From a virus: 64,000 bases of DNA. The notes under the pieces were generated by a model, which ran no database searches, had not been told where the DNA came from, and saw only the letters and a list, made by a program, of their open reading frames with translations. The stretch spans positions 64,001 to 128,000 of the IMG/VR virus record IMGVR_UViG_3300027747_004779. The stretch is one strand, 5' to 3'. A program made the translations under genes and the position numbers. Every line of letters begins with the position of its first letter. Within the stretch, counting starts at the first letter, position 1. This document shows positions 29,733-39,090 of the stretch, piece after piece.

Positions 29733-30301
29733 TCTGTAGTGTTGTAATTATCATCTGCAGGTTCAACGTATATATGCGCGCCGGATGCAATATCCGGGTC
29801 AAGCATAAGATCGGTATATACTTTATCGCGATATTCATTTAATACTTCATGATGCTTATTTTCTTTTTTAATACGGTTAATGAAAGCATGAAATGCAATA
29901 GTAGTAAAATATGAAAAGGGACTAAACCCGGTATCAAGTTTAAATTTTTGATTACGCAATGCTGAGAACATCTTAACGATTGCATCTCCGATCATATCGT
30001 CTTTGTAGGAATAATTAATGAAGTTTGGTGCATAGGATAACCCGTTAGCAATTTTAGTTAAGCTCTCTCCAAGTTTTTGTGTTACAACCCCTGACTTATA
30101 ATATGCGCGTATCTCCTCTTCAAACTCCTTACCATTTACGTAATGAACTTTTTCTTTCGGTTTAAGCTTTCTTCCTGTAGGTGTTACTGTTGGTGGTAAA
30201 ACAATACCTTTAGAAATAATTTTCTTGAGATCAGGATCGCTCTCAATTATTTCTTCTTTTGAAGGCTTAGCCTTCGAAGGCTTAACCTTTTTAGATTTCA
30301 T
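29729..30301 (-). CDS. Late sigma factor (gp55-like)
   Basis: HYVN, PNFINYSYKDDMIGDA, PFSYFTTIAFHAFINRIKKE; start at 30301 or 30340. Confidence 0.93.
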   Translation of the reverse strand: MKSKKVKPSKAKPSKEEIIESDPDLKKIISKGIVLPPTVTPTGRKLKPKEKVHYVNGKEFEEEIRAYYKSGVVTQKLGESLTKIANGLSYAPNFINYSYKDDMIGDAIVKMFSALRNQKFKLDTGFSPFSYFTTIAFHAFINRIKKENKHHEVLNEYRDKVYTDLMLDPDIASGAHIYVEPADDNYNTTE

Positions 30302-31748
30302 TAATTCTTTTGATGGAGTATTTAATTTTTTCTTTTTCATAAAGTGCGCGACGTTTTTCCATATGAGCTAGGCTATATTTGAAATTATCTGCGATGTCGA
30401 ATATTATAAGCTTATCTTTATCCTTATGCAAGCGAAGACCTCTTCCAATCGATTGAACTATCTTTATTTTTGCTTTTCCGCCGCATGCAAAAACAATATA
30501 ATGTAGGTTTTTAATATTAATACCGGTAGAAAATATTTTTGAAATGGCGACAACAACAATATCAGTTCTTTTCTCCATAAGCTGTCTAATTTCATCTCTC
30601 TCTGCTACTTCGACTTCACCGCGTATAAAATAGCACTGTTTCTCCGGACATTGTTCTTTTATTGTCTTGTATAATAATTCTCCATGCTCAATATAATCAA
30701 CCAGAATTAAGGAATTGTTTGTAAGCTTACAAACAATTTTGCTTATAACATTATTTCTAAACCCGCTTCTCATTAAAAATCTTTGCTCTTCACGATAAAG
30801 ATTTGACGAAGATATTACGACGTCTTTAAACGGGTCTTCATTATAATTTAGTTCTATGATTTGCACCTGCACGCTACTTACATAACTTTCTAATCGAAGT
30901 TCGTAGCTGTTCTTCTCGTATATTACAGGGCCGATTTTACCTATAATATTCCACTGATCCATTAAGCTCTCAGGCATTGTACCGGTAAAACCAAATCTAA
31001 AAGGTGTTTTTATTTTTTTAAGAATTTTGTTTACTTCATTACCTTTACGTATTTTATGTACTTCGTCAACTATTAAGACATCAATTGTTTCAAGCCAAGA
31101 TAAATCTGTATTTTTACTTTGTAAGATACCTAGATTTGCTATAGTAACGTTGGCTTCATTTTTTAATTCATAACTCCCTGTCCATTTTCTAACAGAAAAT
31201 GGAACGTTATAAGAGAAAAAATCTGAAGATGTCTGTTCTACTAGCCCTAAATCAGGCACTATATATAAGCAATTAAATTTTGATCCGTACAATAAAAATA
31301 ATTTTGTAAGTAAAGAGGCAGCAGTAAGTGTCTTTCCGCCTGCTGTAGCAAGTATGATTGTACCGCGGCCAATTGATAAAGCTTTTTTAACAATTTCTTC
31401 TTGATAATCTCTCAATGGTAGTTTAAGAGGTATCGGATCGTATGAAAATCTTGTATCGGATTGAAGATTTTTAACAGGCATAATAACCTCAAGAAGAGAT
31501 TCGTCTGTCTTTACTTCACCGACATATTGATTGTTATTAAGATATTTTCTTATTTCAAAATAAAGACCCGGGTCAAATCTACCTGTTGGCGTTATTGCAT
31601 AAGTTCTTTGCGGTAAAAATCTCCCGTATCTTTTTCTCATAAAAAAAGCAGCTTCATTTTTAACAGAAAATGCTTCTCTTATTTCTTCAAATTTATCACC
31701 AGAAATAATACCGACCCCTTTATTAGAGTCAAAAGAAAAATTAATCAT
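30291..31748 (-). CDS. uvsW: UvsW helicase
   Basis: LRDYQ, ATAGGKT, DEVH, GFTGT and QSIGRGLR motifs. Confidence 0.95.
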   Translation of the reverse strand: MINFSFDSNKGVGIISGDKFEEIREAFSVKNEAAFFMRKRYGRFLPQRTYAITPTGRFDPGLYFEIRKYLNNNQYVGEVKTDESLLEVIMPVKNLQSDTRFSYDPIPLKLPLRDYQEEIVKKALSIGRGTIILATAGGKTLTAASLLTKLFLLYGSKFNCLYIVPDLGLVEQTSSDFFSYNVPFSVRKWTGSYELKNEANVTIANLGILQSKNTDLSWLETIDVLIVDEVHKIRKGNEVNKILKKIKTPFRFGFTGTMPESLMDQWNIIGKIGPVIYEKNSYELRLESYVSSVQVQIIELNYNEDPFKDVVISSSNLYREEQRFLMRSGFRNNVISKIVCKLTNNSLILVDYIEHGELLYKTIKEQCPEKQCYFIRGEVEVAERDEIRQLMEKRTDIVVVAISKIFSTGINIKNLHYIVFACGGKAKIKIVQSIGRGLRLHKDKDKLIIFDIADNFKYSLAHMEKRRALYEKEKIKYSIKRINEI

Positions 31749-32137
31749 GTTGTCTCAAGCTTAATAATATCAACAAGATTTTTTATATCATAAGATGTCG
31801 AGCTCAACGTCTTTTCTGACTTTTCTAGTAGCTCAATAATAAGCTCTAATTCTTTTATTTGCGTATCGATCACAATTACTTCGCTATGCTTTTCTGCAGT
31901 ACGCTCAACAACCGGTGTAGCTAATTTTACCGGGCTTTGTTCTTGTATCTTATCAACTAATGTACGTTTTAATAGCTCGCGCTTCTTACGTAACTCATTG
32001 ATTTGTAATTTGTGTCTAATGCATCTGCCGGCCCATTTATGCTTAATACCAGGCAGTTTTAACTGATAATCTTTGAGAATAAGCTCGTCTATTTTTAAGT
32101 CGTTCTCAAGTTCTTTTATGTAATCTTCTAGTAGCAT
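31745..32137 (-). CDS. uvsY: UvsY recombination mediator
   Basis: DLKIDE and helical pattern ending DIKNLVD; coupled to uvsW. Confidence 0.75.
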   Translation of the reverse strand: MLLEDYIKELENDLKIDELILKDYQLKLPGIKHKWAGRCIRHKLQINELRKKRELLKRTLVDKIQEQSPVKLATPVVERTAEKHSEVIVIDTQIKELELIIELLEKSEKTLSSTSYDIKNLVDIIKLETT

Positions 32138-32163
32138 TAACTTAAATAATAGTATACATCTAT

Positions 32164-32424
32164 ATGAAATCAATAGGTTTATTCGAATCAAAGTTTTGCA
32201 AACTTCTTGAAGAAGATAATGTTGCAGGTGGTACGGGCAGCGCTTTTGGTTCCGGTACTTTAGCTCCTATAGGTAATTTTGGAAATCAATTTCCATCACA
32301 AAATGATGATGCTTACGCGCCAAATGATGCTAGAGTACCAAAGATATTAGGCACTAAAAAGAAAAAAAAGAAAAAAGATAAATTCTTAGTTCAGCGCCGT
32401 CCGCTTCCTGGTCTTAGCCTTTAA
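32164..32424 (+). CDS. Hypothetical late protein with capsid-targeting-like leader and a Lys run
   Basis: FESKFCKLLEE; KKKKKKK; TAAATA upstream. Confidence 0.7.
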   Translation: MKSIGLFESKFCKLLEEDNVAGGTGSAFGSGTLAPIGNFGNQFPSQNDDAYAPNDARVPKILGTKKKKKKKDKFLVQRRPLPGLSL

Positions 32425-32446
32425 TAGGTAATTAGCTAAATATAGT

Positions 32447-32860
32447 ATGGATCTTGGACATTGGTTACTTTCAGAAGGTATTTTTCTAAATGAAGATACA
32501 TTCGGCTTCATTTATGAAATAACAAATACAGTTACAAGTAAGAAGTATATTGGTAAAAAGCAGTGTAAATCAAAATTAAAAAGAAAACCATTGAAAGGTA
32601 AGAAAAACAAACGTATAGAAATAAAAGAGTCGGATTGGAAAGAATATACTAGCTCATCTAATGAATTAAATGAAGATATAAAGAAATACGGTAAAGATAG
32701 ATTTATATTTAAAATCTTGCGTGCATGCGGATCAAAATGGGAATTGGCATATTTTGAAATAAAAGAACAATTAGAAAAAAACGTTCTCTTAAGAGATGAC
32801 TATTATAATGGTATTATTAATGTTCGTATTGGCCGTCCTCCAAAAAGTTTTCTTGATTAG
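32447..32860 (+). CDS. GIY-YIG endonuclease (DenA / endonuclease II-like)
   Basis: FGFIYEITN...KKYIGKK, W.EYTSS and YYNGII motifs. Confidence 0.85.
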   Translation: MDLGHWLLSEGIFLNEDTFGFIYEITNTVTSKKYIGKKQCKSKLKRKPLKGKKNKRIEIKESDWKEYTSSSNELNEDIKKYGKDRFIFKILRACGSKWELAYFEIKEQLEKNVLLRDDYYNGIINVRIGRPPKSFLD

Positions 32861-32886
32861 TTTGTATGTTTCATACATAATGTAGC

Positions 32887-33450
32887 ATGCTCAAAAAACT
32901 TGAGTTTAAGCAATATAACTTTCGTATAGTCGACTTTAATTCTATTTTTATTAAAAAAATTGAAGTTGATCTGATCAACGATCTGCATCGGTTTGAGCTA
33001 TTTAAAAATAGAATAACATCGCATACAAAAAAGTTTTTTTATCACCATATAATTTTCGGTTTATGTGAGTTCTTATTACATGAAAAAGCTAAAGAAAAAA
33101 CAATTATATATTTTAATAATACACAAATGTCTGATTTAGAGCTTTTTAAGTATTTTAAAGAGGATGAAGTGCGAGATGTAGTAGAACAAATAGTAAGAAG
33201 AATAAAGATACTACTACCCATTAGAGTCTTTATTACAAATATTTCTTATGATTTCCTTCAGCATCTTATAGACAGAAAAGATGGTAGAGGCGTGGAAGCT
33301 ATAAACAGTCTTAGAACATATATCGATAGTGTTAATTATGAAAAATATACATTTAGTAGGGTTTTAACATTTACAAAGCGCAATGATCTTATTTTTTTAA
33401 GTAAAGAATATTTTGATAAGCTTAAAGCAAAGCAACTTATAATAGTTTAA
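32887..33450 (+). CDS. Hypothetical protein
   Basis: ORF with TTGATT-N17-CATAAT promoter. Confidence 0.7.
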   Translation: MLKKLEFKQYNFRIVDFNSIFIKKIEVDLINDLHRFELFKNRITSHTKKFFYHHIIFGLCEFLLHEKAKEKTIIYFNNTQMSDLELFKYFKEDEVRDVVEQIVRRIKILLPIRVFITNISYDFLQHLIDRKDGRGVEAINSLRTYIDSVNYEKYTFSRVLTFTKRNDLIFLSKEYFDKLKAKQLIIV

Positions 33451-33455
33451 AACAA

Positions 33456-33461
33456 TAAATA
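33456..33461 (+). promoter_or_regulatory. Late promoter TAAATA for the four-gene operon 33467-36885
   Basis: gp55-type motif 5 nt before the ATG. Confidence 0.75.
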
Positions 33462-33466
33462 ATATT

Positions 33467-33907
33467 ATGACCTTTAATGAACGTATGGCAAAATACAAAT
33501 CTCTTCTAAATGAACAAGAGCCAGTTCCGCAAGATGCAGCTGCCCCTGCACCGCAAGCAGAGCAACCTTCAGCACTACCTGCAAAAGCTGCACCAATGGC
33601 TGTTCCACCCGAGGGATATGTAGATATGGTGAGATTACTTGCTAAGGCTTTAGTGATGAATGTACCTGCAGGGTCGGTTGATACATTGTTTACAAAGCCT
33701 ATAACAAAAGAGAACGCAATAGAAATGAGAGAGCAAATTGAAAATGCTATTTCAACAAGCGAGAGTGTAGGTGATAATGAAATGCGAATAACAAATCCTA
33801 ACGTTGAGAAATTTGTTAATTCAATTAATGAAAATAATTTTATGGCGAAATATAAGCAAATTCTTGCTATGATGAGAAATTATAGTAACGACCCGAAGTT
33901 AAAATGA
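33467..33907 (+). CDS. Hypothetical late protein with capsid-targeting-like leader
   Basis: TAAATA 5 nt upstream; MTFNERMAKYKSLLNE followed by an Ala/Pro linker. Confidence 0.75.
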   Translation: MTFNERMAKYKSLLNEQEPVPQDAAAPAPQAEQPSALPAKAAPMAVPPEGYVDMVRLLAKALVMNVPAGSVDTLFTKPITKENAIEMREQIENAISTSESVGDNEMRITNPNVEKFVNSINENNFMAKYKQILAMMRNYSNDPKLK

Positions 33908-33908
33908 T

Positions 33909-35015
33909 ATGGAAAAATATCGAAGCTTACAGGATATTTATTTAAAAGAAAGCTTTGCAAAGTCACTACCCCCTTTGCCTAGACAGACAATTAATTGGTT
34001 AATGGAAGCTATAGCTGATGCCCCGCCTCCTGCTCCCAATTCAGCTTATGTACAGCTTTACGTAAAAGATCCTTCAAAAAATGAACAACAATTTGTAGGT
34101 AATATCGATATAGATTATTTTAATAAAGTTGTTAAGCCTGTTTTAAATAGAGGATCAGAGGGTGCAATTAATGTTAATAAGTTAATAGAAAAAAGACTTA
34201 AAGATGCAAATATAACAACTGAGAATTTAAATATAATTTTTGATTATATACAGAACACAGGAATAAAAATTTCTTCTGAAAATTTTGCTAAATGTCAGAG
34301 TATACTTAAAACTGCGATTGCTTCAGAAACACCTTTTAACATAACTACTGTTTTATCAGAGAGTTTTGATACACCTGTAGAGAGCATTTCAAATAAATCA
34401 AATGAGCTTCTAGGCCTTATGCGCTTAAAAGCACAAAGTGGTTCTGCAACATTTGAAGATCGTAGTCAGGTTGCGGGTCCTGGTGAAGTTGTTTTGAGCT
34501 TCTTTGGTAACGGTAGAAAGCTTATAACATCGAAAAAGAAAACAGAAGCCGCTACAGCAGAAAAAGGAGATATATCTTTAGGTGAATTGAGAATAGAGCT
34601 TAAAGGAACGCAGGGAAGAATATACCCAGCAACAAAAATTACTTATAGTCAGCACGGTACTCCGGGTGATTTTGCAAAGAAAAACTTACAGAATAATCCA
34701 TTAGATGTAGTAAAGTATTATACGTTCGGTGAAGAGGGGCTATCAATTGATAGATTCGATAATGAAATTAATGCTGGCCTGAAGCAAAATATAGATGTAA
34801 GACTTTTAGCAACAGGGCTAGCATTAAGAGAGTATCAAGTAAAAAGTGGATTTCATTATTATGGTTTTGTAGATTCAAAAACATTTAATTGTGTAGCTTT
34901 AACAAGCGCAGATAAAGATATTATCGCTATAGGTAAATTTTATACTTCTTATATTGGTAATTATTTAAGCTTTGATAGAGGCGGTCATAAATTACCGCCC
35001 GCTTTTAAAATATAA
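33909..35015 (+). CDS. Putative PD-(D/E)XK nuclease-like protein
   Basis: GPGE...GDI...IELKG motif arrangement. Confidence 0.55.
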   Translation: MEKYRSLQDIYLKESFAKSLPPLPRQTINWLMEAIADAPPPAPNSAYVQLYVKDPSKNEQQFVGNIDIDYFNKVVKPVLNRGSEGAINVNKLIEKRLKDANITTENLNIIFDYIQNTGIKISSENFAKCQSILKTAIASETPFNITTVLSESFDTPVESISNKSNELLGLMRLKAQSGSATFEDRSQVAGPGEVVLSFFGNGRKLITSKKKTEAATAEKGDISLGELRIELKGTQGRIYPATKITYSQHGTPGDFAKKNLQNNPLDVVKYYTFGEEGLSIDRFDNEINAGLKQNIDVRLLATGLALREYQVKSGFHYYGFVDSKTFNCVALTSADKDIIAIGKFYTSYIGNYLSFDRGGHKLPPAFKI

Positions 35016-36235
35016 TGATGACGTTTAAACAGTTTCTGCTTGAAGGCGGAGTTGCTGGTCATATGGCACATCCTTACGATCTGCCTAATGTTAATACAGG
35101 AAGAGATCTTATTAACGTCTTTAATAAAATAGCTACTAGCTTAGTTAAAAAGCCTTCTGTAGTAAAAATAGATGGTGTTAATGCCTCTATTAAGCTTATT
35201 ACAAATAAAGAGGGTAATAAAGAGTTTGCTATGGATAGAGGCTCAAATAAGCCAGAAGATGTAGAGGGTGTTACTATCGATAAGCTCAGCTCACGCTTTC
35301 CAGAGGGTCATGGTATGAGAGAAACGGGTAAAGTTGTATTAGAAATTTTTAATCAAGCTTTACCTTCAATAGAAAAGGAGCTCAAACAATTAAAGATGTG
35401 GGATAATAATCGCATTCTCTTTAATATGGAATTTGTTAAAGGTGCGACAAACGTAATTGGATATGCAAATAACTTTCTTGCTATTCACGGGTTAAATGAA
35501 ATAGTTGAGGTTAAAAGCCCTGTTCGAGGAAGTGTAAGTCGTGCATCGCGTGAAATACCTTATGATAAAAAAGCTTTACAATCGCTAATAGAAAAAGTCA
35601 AACCAATTGCTGAAAAATATAATTTTGACGTGGTAAATGAGTTTGTTGTTACACTAGCGAATAGGATTGATTTTAATCCAGAATTAAATTCAAAATTTTC
35701 TGTTAGTTATGATTCACGTAACATTCAAACAAAACCTTTAAAAGATTGGCTTAGTGAGGCAAAAAATCCTCGTGCTGATAAGATTAAGCTTGCATCAGGT
35801 AAATCTATTAGTGCGGTGAGTTTAGAAAATTATAAGAACATGTCTGCAGGGGTGCCTTTAGATCATTATCTTGGTAAGAATACAAAGGATTATCAAAAAG
35901 CAATTGATGGTGCGGTATTAATACACGCAACAATTTTAATGGGTCAAAAGATAAAAGATACTGCAACTTCAGAATTAGGTAATGTAGGTACACAAGAGGG
36001 TATTGTTATAAGAGATTCAAGTATATCTGTTAATCCGTTAAAAATAACAGGTAATTTTTTTACCGGCAAGGAAACAGGTCGTATTAAGCAGCTTAAAACA
36101 CAAGAGGAAGAAGAGGGTATTAAGGGTCAGCTCTCAAATACTAATAAAGTATTAAATTATAAAAACTATCAAACTAACCCCCCTTACGGAAAAGAAGGTG
36201 CGCGGTTAACATTAACACCAGGAATGAGTCTATGA
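35015..36235 (+). CDS. RNA-ligase-like covalent nucleotidyltransferase (DUF6267-like)
   Basis: Motif I KIDG, III NMEF, IV EGIVI, V LKI; N-terminus MMTFKQFLLEGGVAGHMAHP. Confidence 0.65.
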   Translation: MMTFKQFLLEGGVAGHMAHPYDLPNVNTGRDLINVFNKIATSLVKKPSVVKIDGVNASIKLITNKEGNKEFAMDRGSNKPEDVEGVTIDKLSSRFPEGHGMRETGKVVLEIFNQALPSIEKELKQLKMWDNNRILFNMEFVKGATNVIGYANNFLAIHGLNEIVEVKSPVRGSVSRASREIPYDKKALQSLIEKVKPIAEKYNFDVVNEFVVTLANRIDFNPELNSKFSVSYDSRNIQTKPLKDWLSEAKNPRADKIKLASGKSISAVSLENYKNMSAGVPLDHYLGKNTKDYQKAIDGAVLIHATILMGQKIKDTATSELGNVGTQEGIVIRDSSISVNPLKITGNFFTGKETGRIKQLKTQEEEEGIKGQLSNTNKVLNYKNYQTNPPYGKEGARLTLTPGMSL

Positions 36236-36885
36236 AGTTTGATACATTAGTAGAGCAGATATTACAGCCACAGAAAAATAATCTTATTGTTATTTTTCCC
36301 GGGCGGTTTCAACCTTTTCATGTTGGTCATAAAAAGCTTTATGATGCTGCAAAACAGAAATTTCCTGGTGCCGATTTTTATATAGCCACAGCAGATACAA
36401 CAGAAAATAGCGCTAAAGAGCCTGATCGTTATCCTTTTAATTTTGCAGAAAAAAAAGAAATTATTAAAGCGACGGGTATACCGGAAAAAGAAATTGTACT
36501 TACAAAACAACCTTACAAGCCTATTGAAATTTTAAAAAACTATGATCAAAATGTTGCAAAAGTAATTTATATTGTAGGTGAAAAGGATATGAGAGAGGAT
36601 CCGCGATTTTCCTTTAAGCCTAAAAAAGATGGCTCTGCTCCTTACTTTCAGCCATTCAAGAGCTTAAATGAGCTCGAACCGTTTAAAGAACAAGGTGGTC
36701 ATGGCTACATCTATGCACCGGGTACAATACAGTTTAATCTCGGTGGTAAAAATATTACTAGTGCAACAGAGCTGAGAAATATGTATAAAGCAGCTGACGA
36801 GGCTACAAAAAAGCAGTATATAAAAGACGTTTTAGGTAAATTTGATCCAAAAGTCTATAATCTGTTTAACACAAAATTGCGTTAA
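36232..36885 (+). CDS. HIGH-motif nucleotidyltransferase (NMNAT/cytidylyltransferase-like)
   Basis: PGRFQPFHVGH, YPF, VGEKD and SATELR motifs. Confidence 0.85.
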   Translation: MKFDTLVEQILQPQKNNLIVIFPGRFQPFHVGHKKLYDAAKQKFPGADFYIATADTTENSAKEPDRYPFNFAEKKEIIKATGIPEKEIVLTKQPYKPIEILKNYDQNVAKVIYIVGEKDMREDPRFSFKPKKDGSAPYFQPFKSLNELEPFKEQGGHGYIYAPGTIQFNLGGKNITSATELRNMYKAADEATKKQYIKDVLGKFDPKVYNLFNTKLR

Positions 36886-37535
36886 TTTTTATTTTCAAGT
36901 AAAACAATGGTTTCTAGTAATACCTTTTCGAGTGTTTCTCTCGATTCTTTTCTCAATACCGTCCTAAGCTGGCTTACTAAAGAATCACCGCCATTTGCAA
37001 TTGCTTTATAAAGATCTTCTTCGTTATTTTCTTCAACGCCCATCATCTCCATCTGACTACGAGCGGCTTCGTAATCCTTATAATCAAATACGGATTCAAG
37101 GTCATCATGAGCATTAGTAAGCTTGCTTAATACCCATGCTTCAACATTACCGCCCTTGCGTATAATATCGTGAAGCATTGCTGAAAGTTTAAAAATTCTA
37201 AATAATAACTGTTTGGACATGTATTCATTCTTTTCAGTTTCCTCAAGACCGTCTTGAAGGTTCATTCCGCCGTCACATCCCTCGCATTCTTCATTTTTTT
37301 GATTTGCTTGACATTCCTCACATTCACTACAATCACATCCTTTAGCAGCATAAGGACAATGAGCGTCTTCTTCGTTTTCGCAGCCGCATTCTTTTTCTGG
37401 AACCTTAAAGCTCTGTATCTTCGAAGGTGTAGGTGTTACACTCTGATTATCAGCTTCTGGTCCAAGACCGAGATTCTCCTTAACGATCTTTTGATTATAG
37501 ATCTCATTTAAGAGGTGAAAGTCCTTATGGAACAT
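36882..37535 (-). CDS. Late protein with an acidic Cys-rich segment
   Basis: TAAATA 5 nt upstream; 9 Cys in about 40 aa; EAWVLSKLT.A.D.L.SVFDY helix. Confidence 0.7.
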   Translation of the reverse strand: MFHKDFHLLNEIYNQKIVKENLGLGPEADNQSVTPTPSKIQSFKVPEKECGCENEEDAHCPYAAKGCDCSECEECQANQKNEECEGCDGGMNLQDGLEETEKNEYMSKQLLFRIFKLSAMLHDIIRKGGNVEAWVLSKLTNAHDDLESVFDYKDYEAARSQMEMMGVEENNEEDLYKAIANGGDSLVSQLRTVLRKESRETLEKVLLETIVLLENKN

Positions 37536-37543
37536 GTAATTAT

Positions 37544-37951
37544 TTATTCTAATTCGATAAAATTATTACTGTTAGTTGAGTAAAATATCTTCTTAAAGTT
37601 CAACTGTTTAACGAGGTTTAAACAGCTTTTGCAAGGTTTTGACAAGTCTAATTGATTATTTCTATTAATACGAGTGTTTACTAGTGTATATTTACTGCAA
37701 TCTTCTTCGCCTAATCTTAATATTGCTGACAACTCAGAATGAACTCCTACGGTATGTGATATGTCGTCACCAGTACGGCTAAAAAAACCTATTTCCAAAT
37801 TCTTTGGGTGTGTTTTAGTAGGGTTATTAATACCTATAGAAAGAAGTCTATTTTTATGAAATATAAAAGAGAAGTGTTTACATCTGTAGTTTCCATGCTT
37901 CTTTAATAAAGCATAAGATATTTCTGTTGTCTTTCTAAACAGGTTTTCCAT
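37544..37951 (-). CDS. Cytidine/dCMP deaminase-fold protein
   Basis: HSE and SKPCKSC Zn motifs. Confidence 0.8.
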   Translation of the reverse strand: MENLFRKTTEISYALLKKHGNYRCKHFSFIFHKNRLLSIGINNPTKTHPKNLEIGFFSRTGDDISHTVGVHSELSAILRLGEEDCSKYTLVNTRINRNNQLDLSKPCKSCLNLVKQLNFKKIFYSTNSNNFIELE

Positions 37952-37996
37952 ACTTAATGTTAAATGAAAAGTGTTTAAAAATCAATAAATATTACT

Positions 37997-38398
37997 ATGG
38001 AAGCGTTTAAAGATTTTTACAATAAACCAGTACTAGGTGTTGATGAAGTTATTGACGTTGAGGGATTAGGTGAGGTAAAGGCAAAAGTCGATAGCGGTAA
38101 TGAGGCGTATAATGTTATTCACGGTATAGATATCTCGCAAGAAGGGGATAACATATCTTTTACAACAGTAGGTGGAAAAAGAATGACAGCACCAAGAGAT
38201 GGTGAAATAAAAATACATATAGGAAGTGGTGTTAAGGAAGATAGGCCTACGGTAAAGCTTAATATTAAAATCGGCGATAAAGCTTATAAGGGTGTAACGT
38301 TTAGTGTTGCAGATCGATCTGAGAATCAAGATCCTATCTTAATAGGTGAACCGTTTCTTAAGCAATTAAACGCTGTTATCGACGTAAATAAAAAATAA
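37997..38398 (+). CDS. Retropepsin-like aspartic protease (RimK-associated / RimB-like)
   Basis: AKVDSG catalytic motif; ERP-like DRPTV, DRS and ILIG. Confidence 0.8.
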   Translation: MEAFKDFYNKPVLGVDEVIDVEGLGEVKAKVDSGNEAYNVIHGIDISQEGDNISFTTVGGKRMTAPRDGEIKIHIGSGVKEDRPTVKLNIKIGDKAYKGVTFSVADRSENQDPILIGEPFLKQLNAVIDVNKK

Positions 38399-38400
38399 AA

Positions 38401-39042
38401 TTAATTCTGCGCAAACTCGACAAACTTGTAAAACTCAGCTCGTGAATTATCATTATTATCTAGAAACGCACCAGACATTCTGGCTGTACGCATCGTTGAA
38501 TCATGTCTAATACCACGATTAGAACAGCAGGTATGATTGGCTTCAATCATTACAGCTACCCCATTATTTTTTTCACATACTAGATCAATATGAGCATGAA
38601 TTTGCATGGTAAGGTTTTCCTGTACCTGCGGACGGCGGGCAAACCAATCAACAATACGATTGAGCTTGCTTAAACCAATAACCTTACCTTCCTTAGATGG
38701 TATATAAGCTACATGAGCTACACCAGTAAAAGGTGCATGATGATGTGAGCAAAGCGAAGTCAATTTAATATTATTTTGACAGACCATGCCATCATATTGA
38801 TCGATATTATCAAAGGCTGTAATTTTCGGTGGTTTACTATAACAGCCCCATGCAAAGTCTTCTACAAAGGCCTTAGCCACGCGATGTGGGGTATTATCGC
38901 TGTTAGGATCATTTCTCCAATCATAACCTAATGCATCCATGTATGCTTCATAAGCTTTAGATGCTCTTTCAATTATTTGTTCTCTTTCTTCTTGAGTATG
39001 AGGATGATTATGATTAGCGAAAGCGAGTTTTACTTTAGACAT
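38401..39042 (-). CDS. folE: GTP cyclohydrolase I FolE
   Basis: TPHRVAK, SLCSHH, GLSKLNR, RRPQVQE and H.C...RG motifs. Confidence 0.95.
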   Translation of the reverse strand: MSKVKLAFANHNHPHTQEEREQIIERASKAYEAYMDALGYDWRNDPNSDNTPHRVAKAFVEDFAWGCYSKPPKITAFDNIDQYDGMVCQNNIKLTSLCSHHHAPFTGVAHVAYIPSKEGKVIGLSKLNRIVDWFARRPQVQENLTMQIHAHIDLVCEKNNGVAVMIEANHTCCSNRGIRHDSTMRTARMSGAFLDNNDNSRAEFYKFVEFAQN

Positions 39043-39090
39043 ATCTACGATTATATGATAAGATGTAACGAGATCAACATAAATAATTAT

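Noticed and set aside
32447-32860. GIY-YIG gene as a mobile homing endonuclease
   Set aside because: Only 137 aa with no C-terminal DNA-binding repeats; it fits a DenA-like core nuclease better
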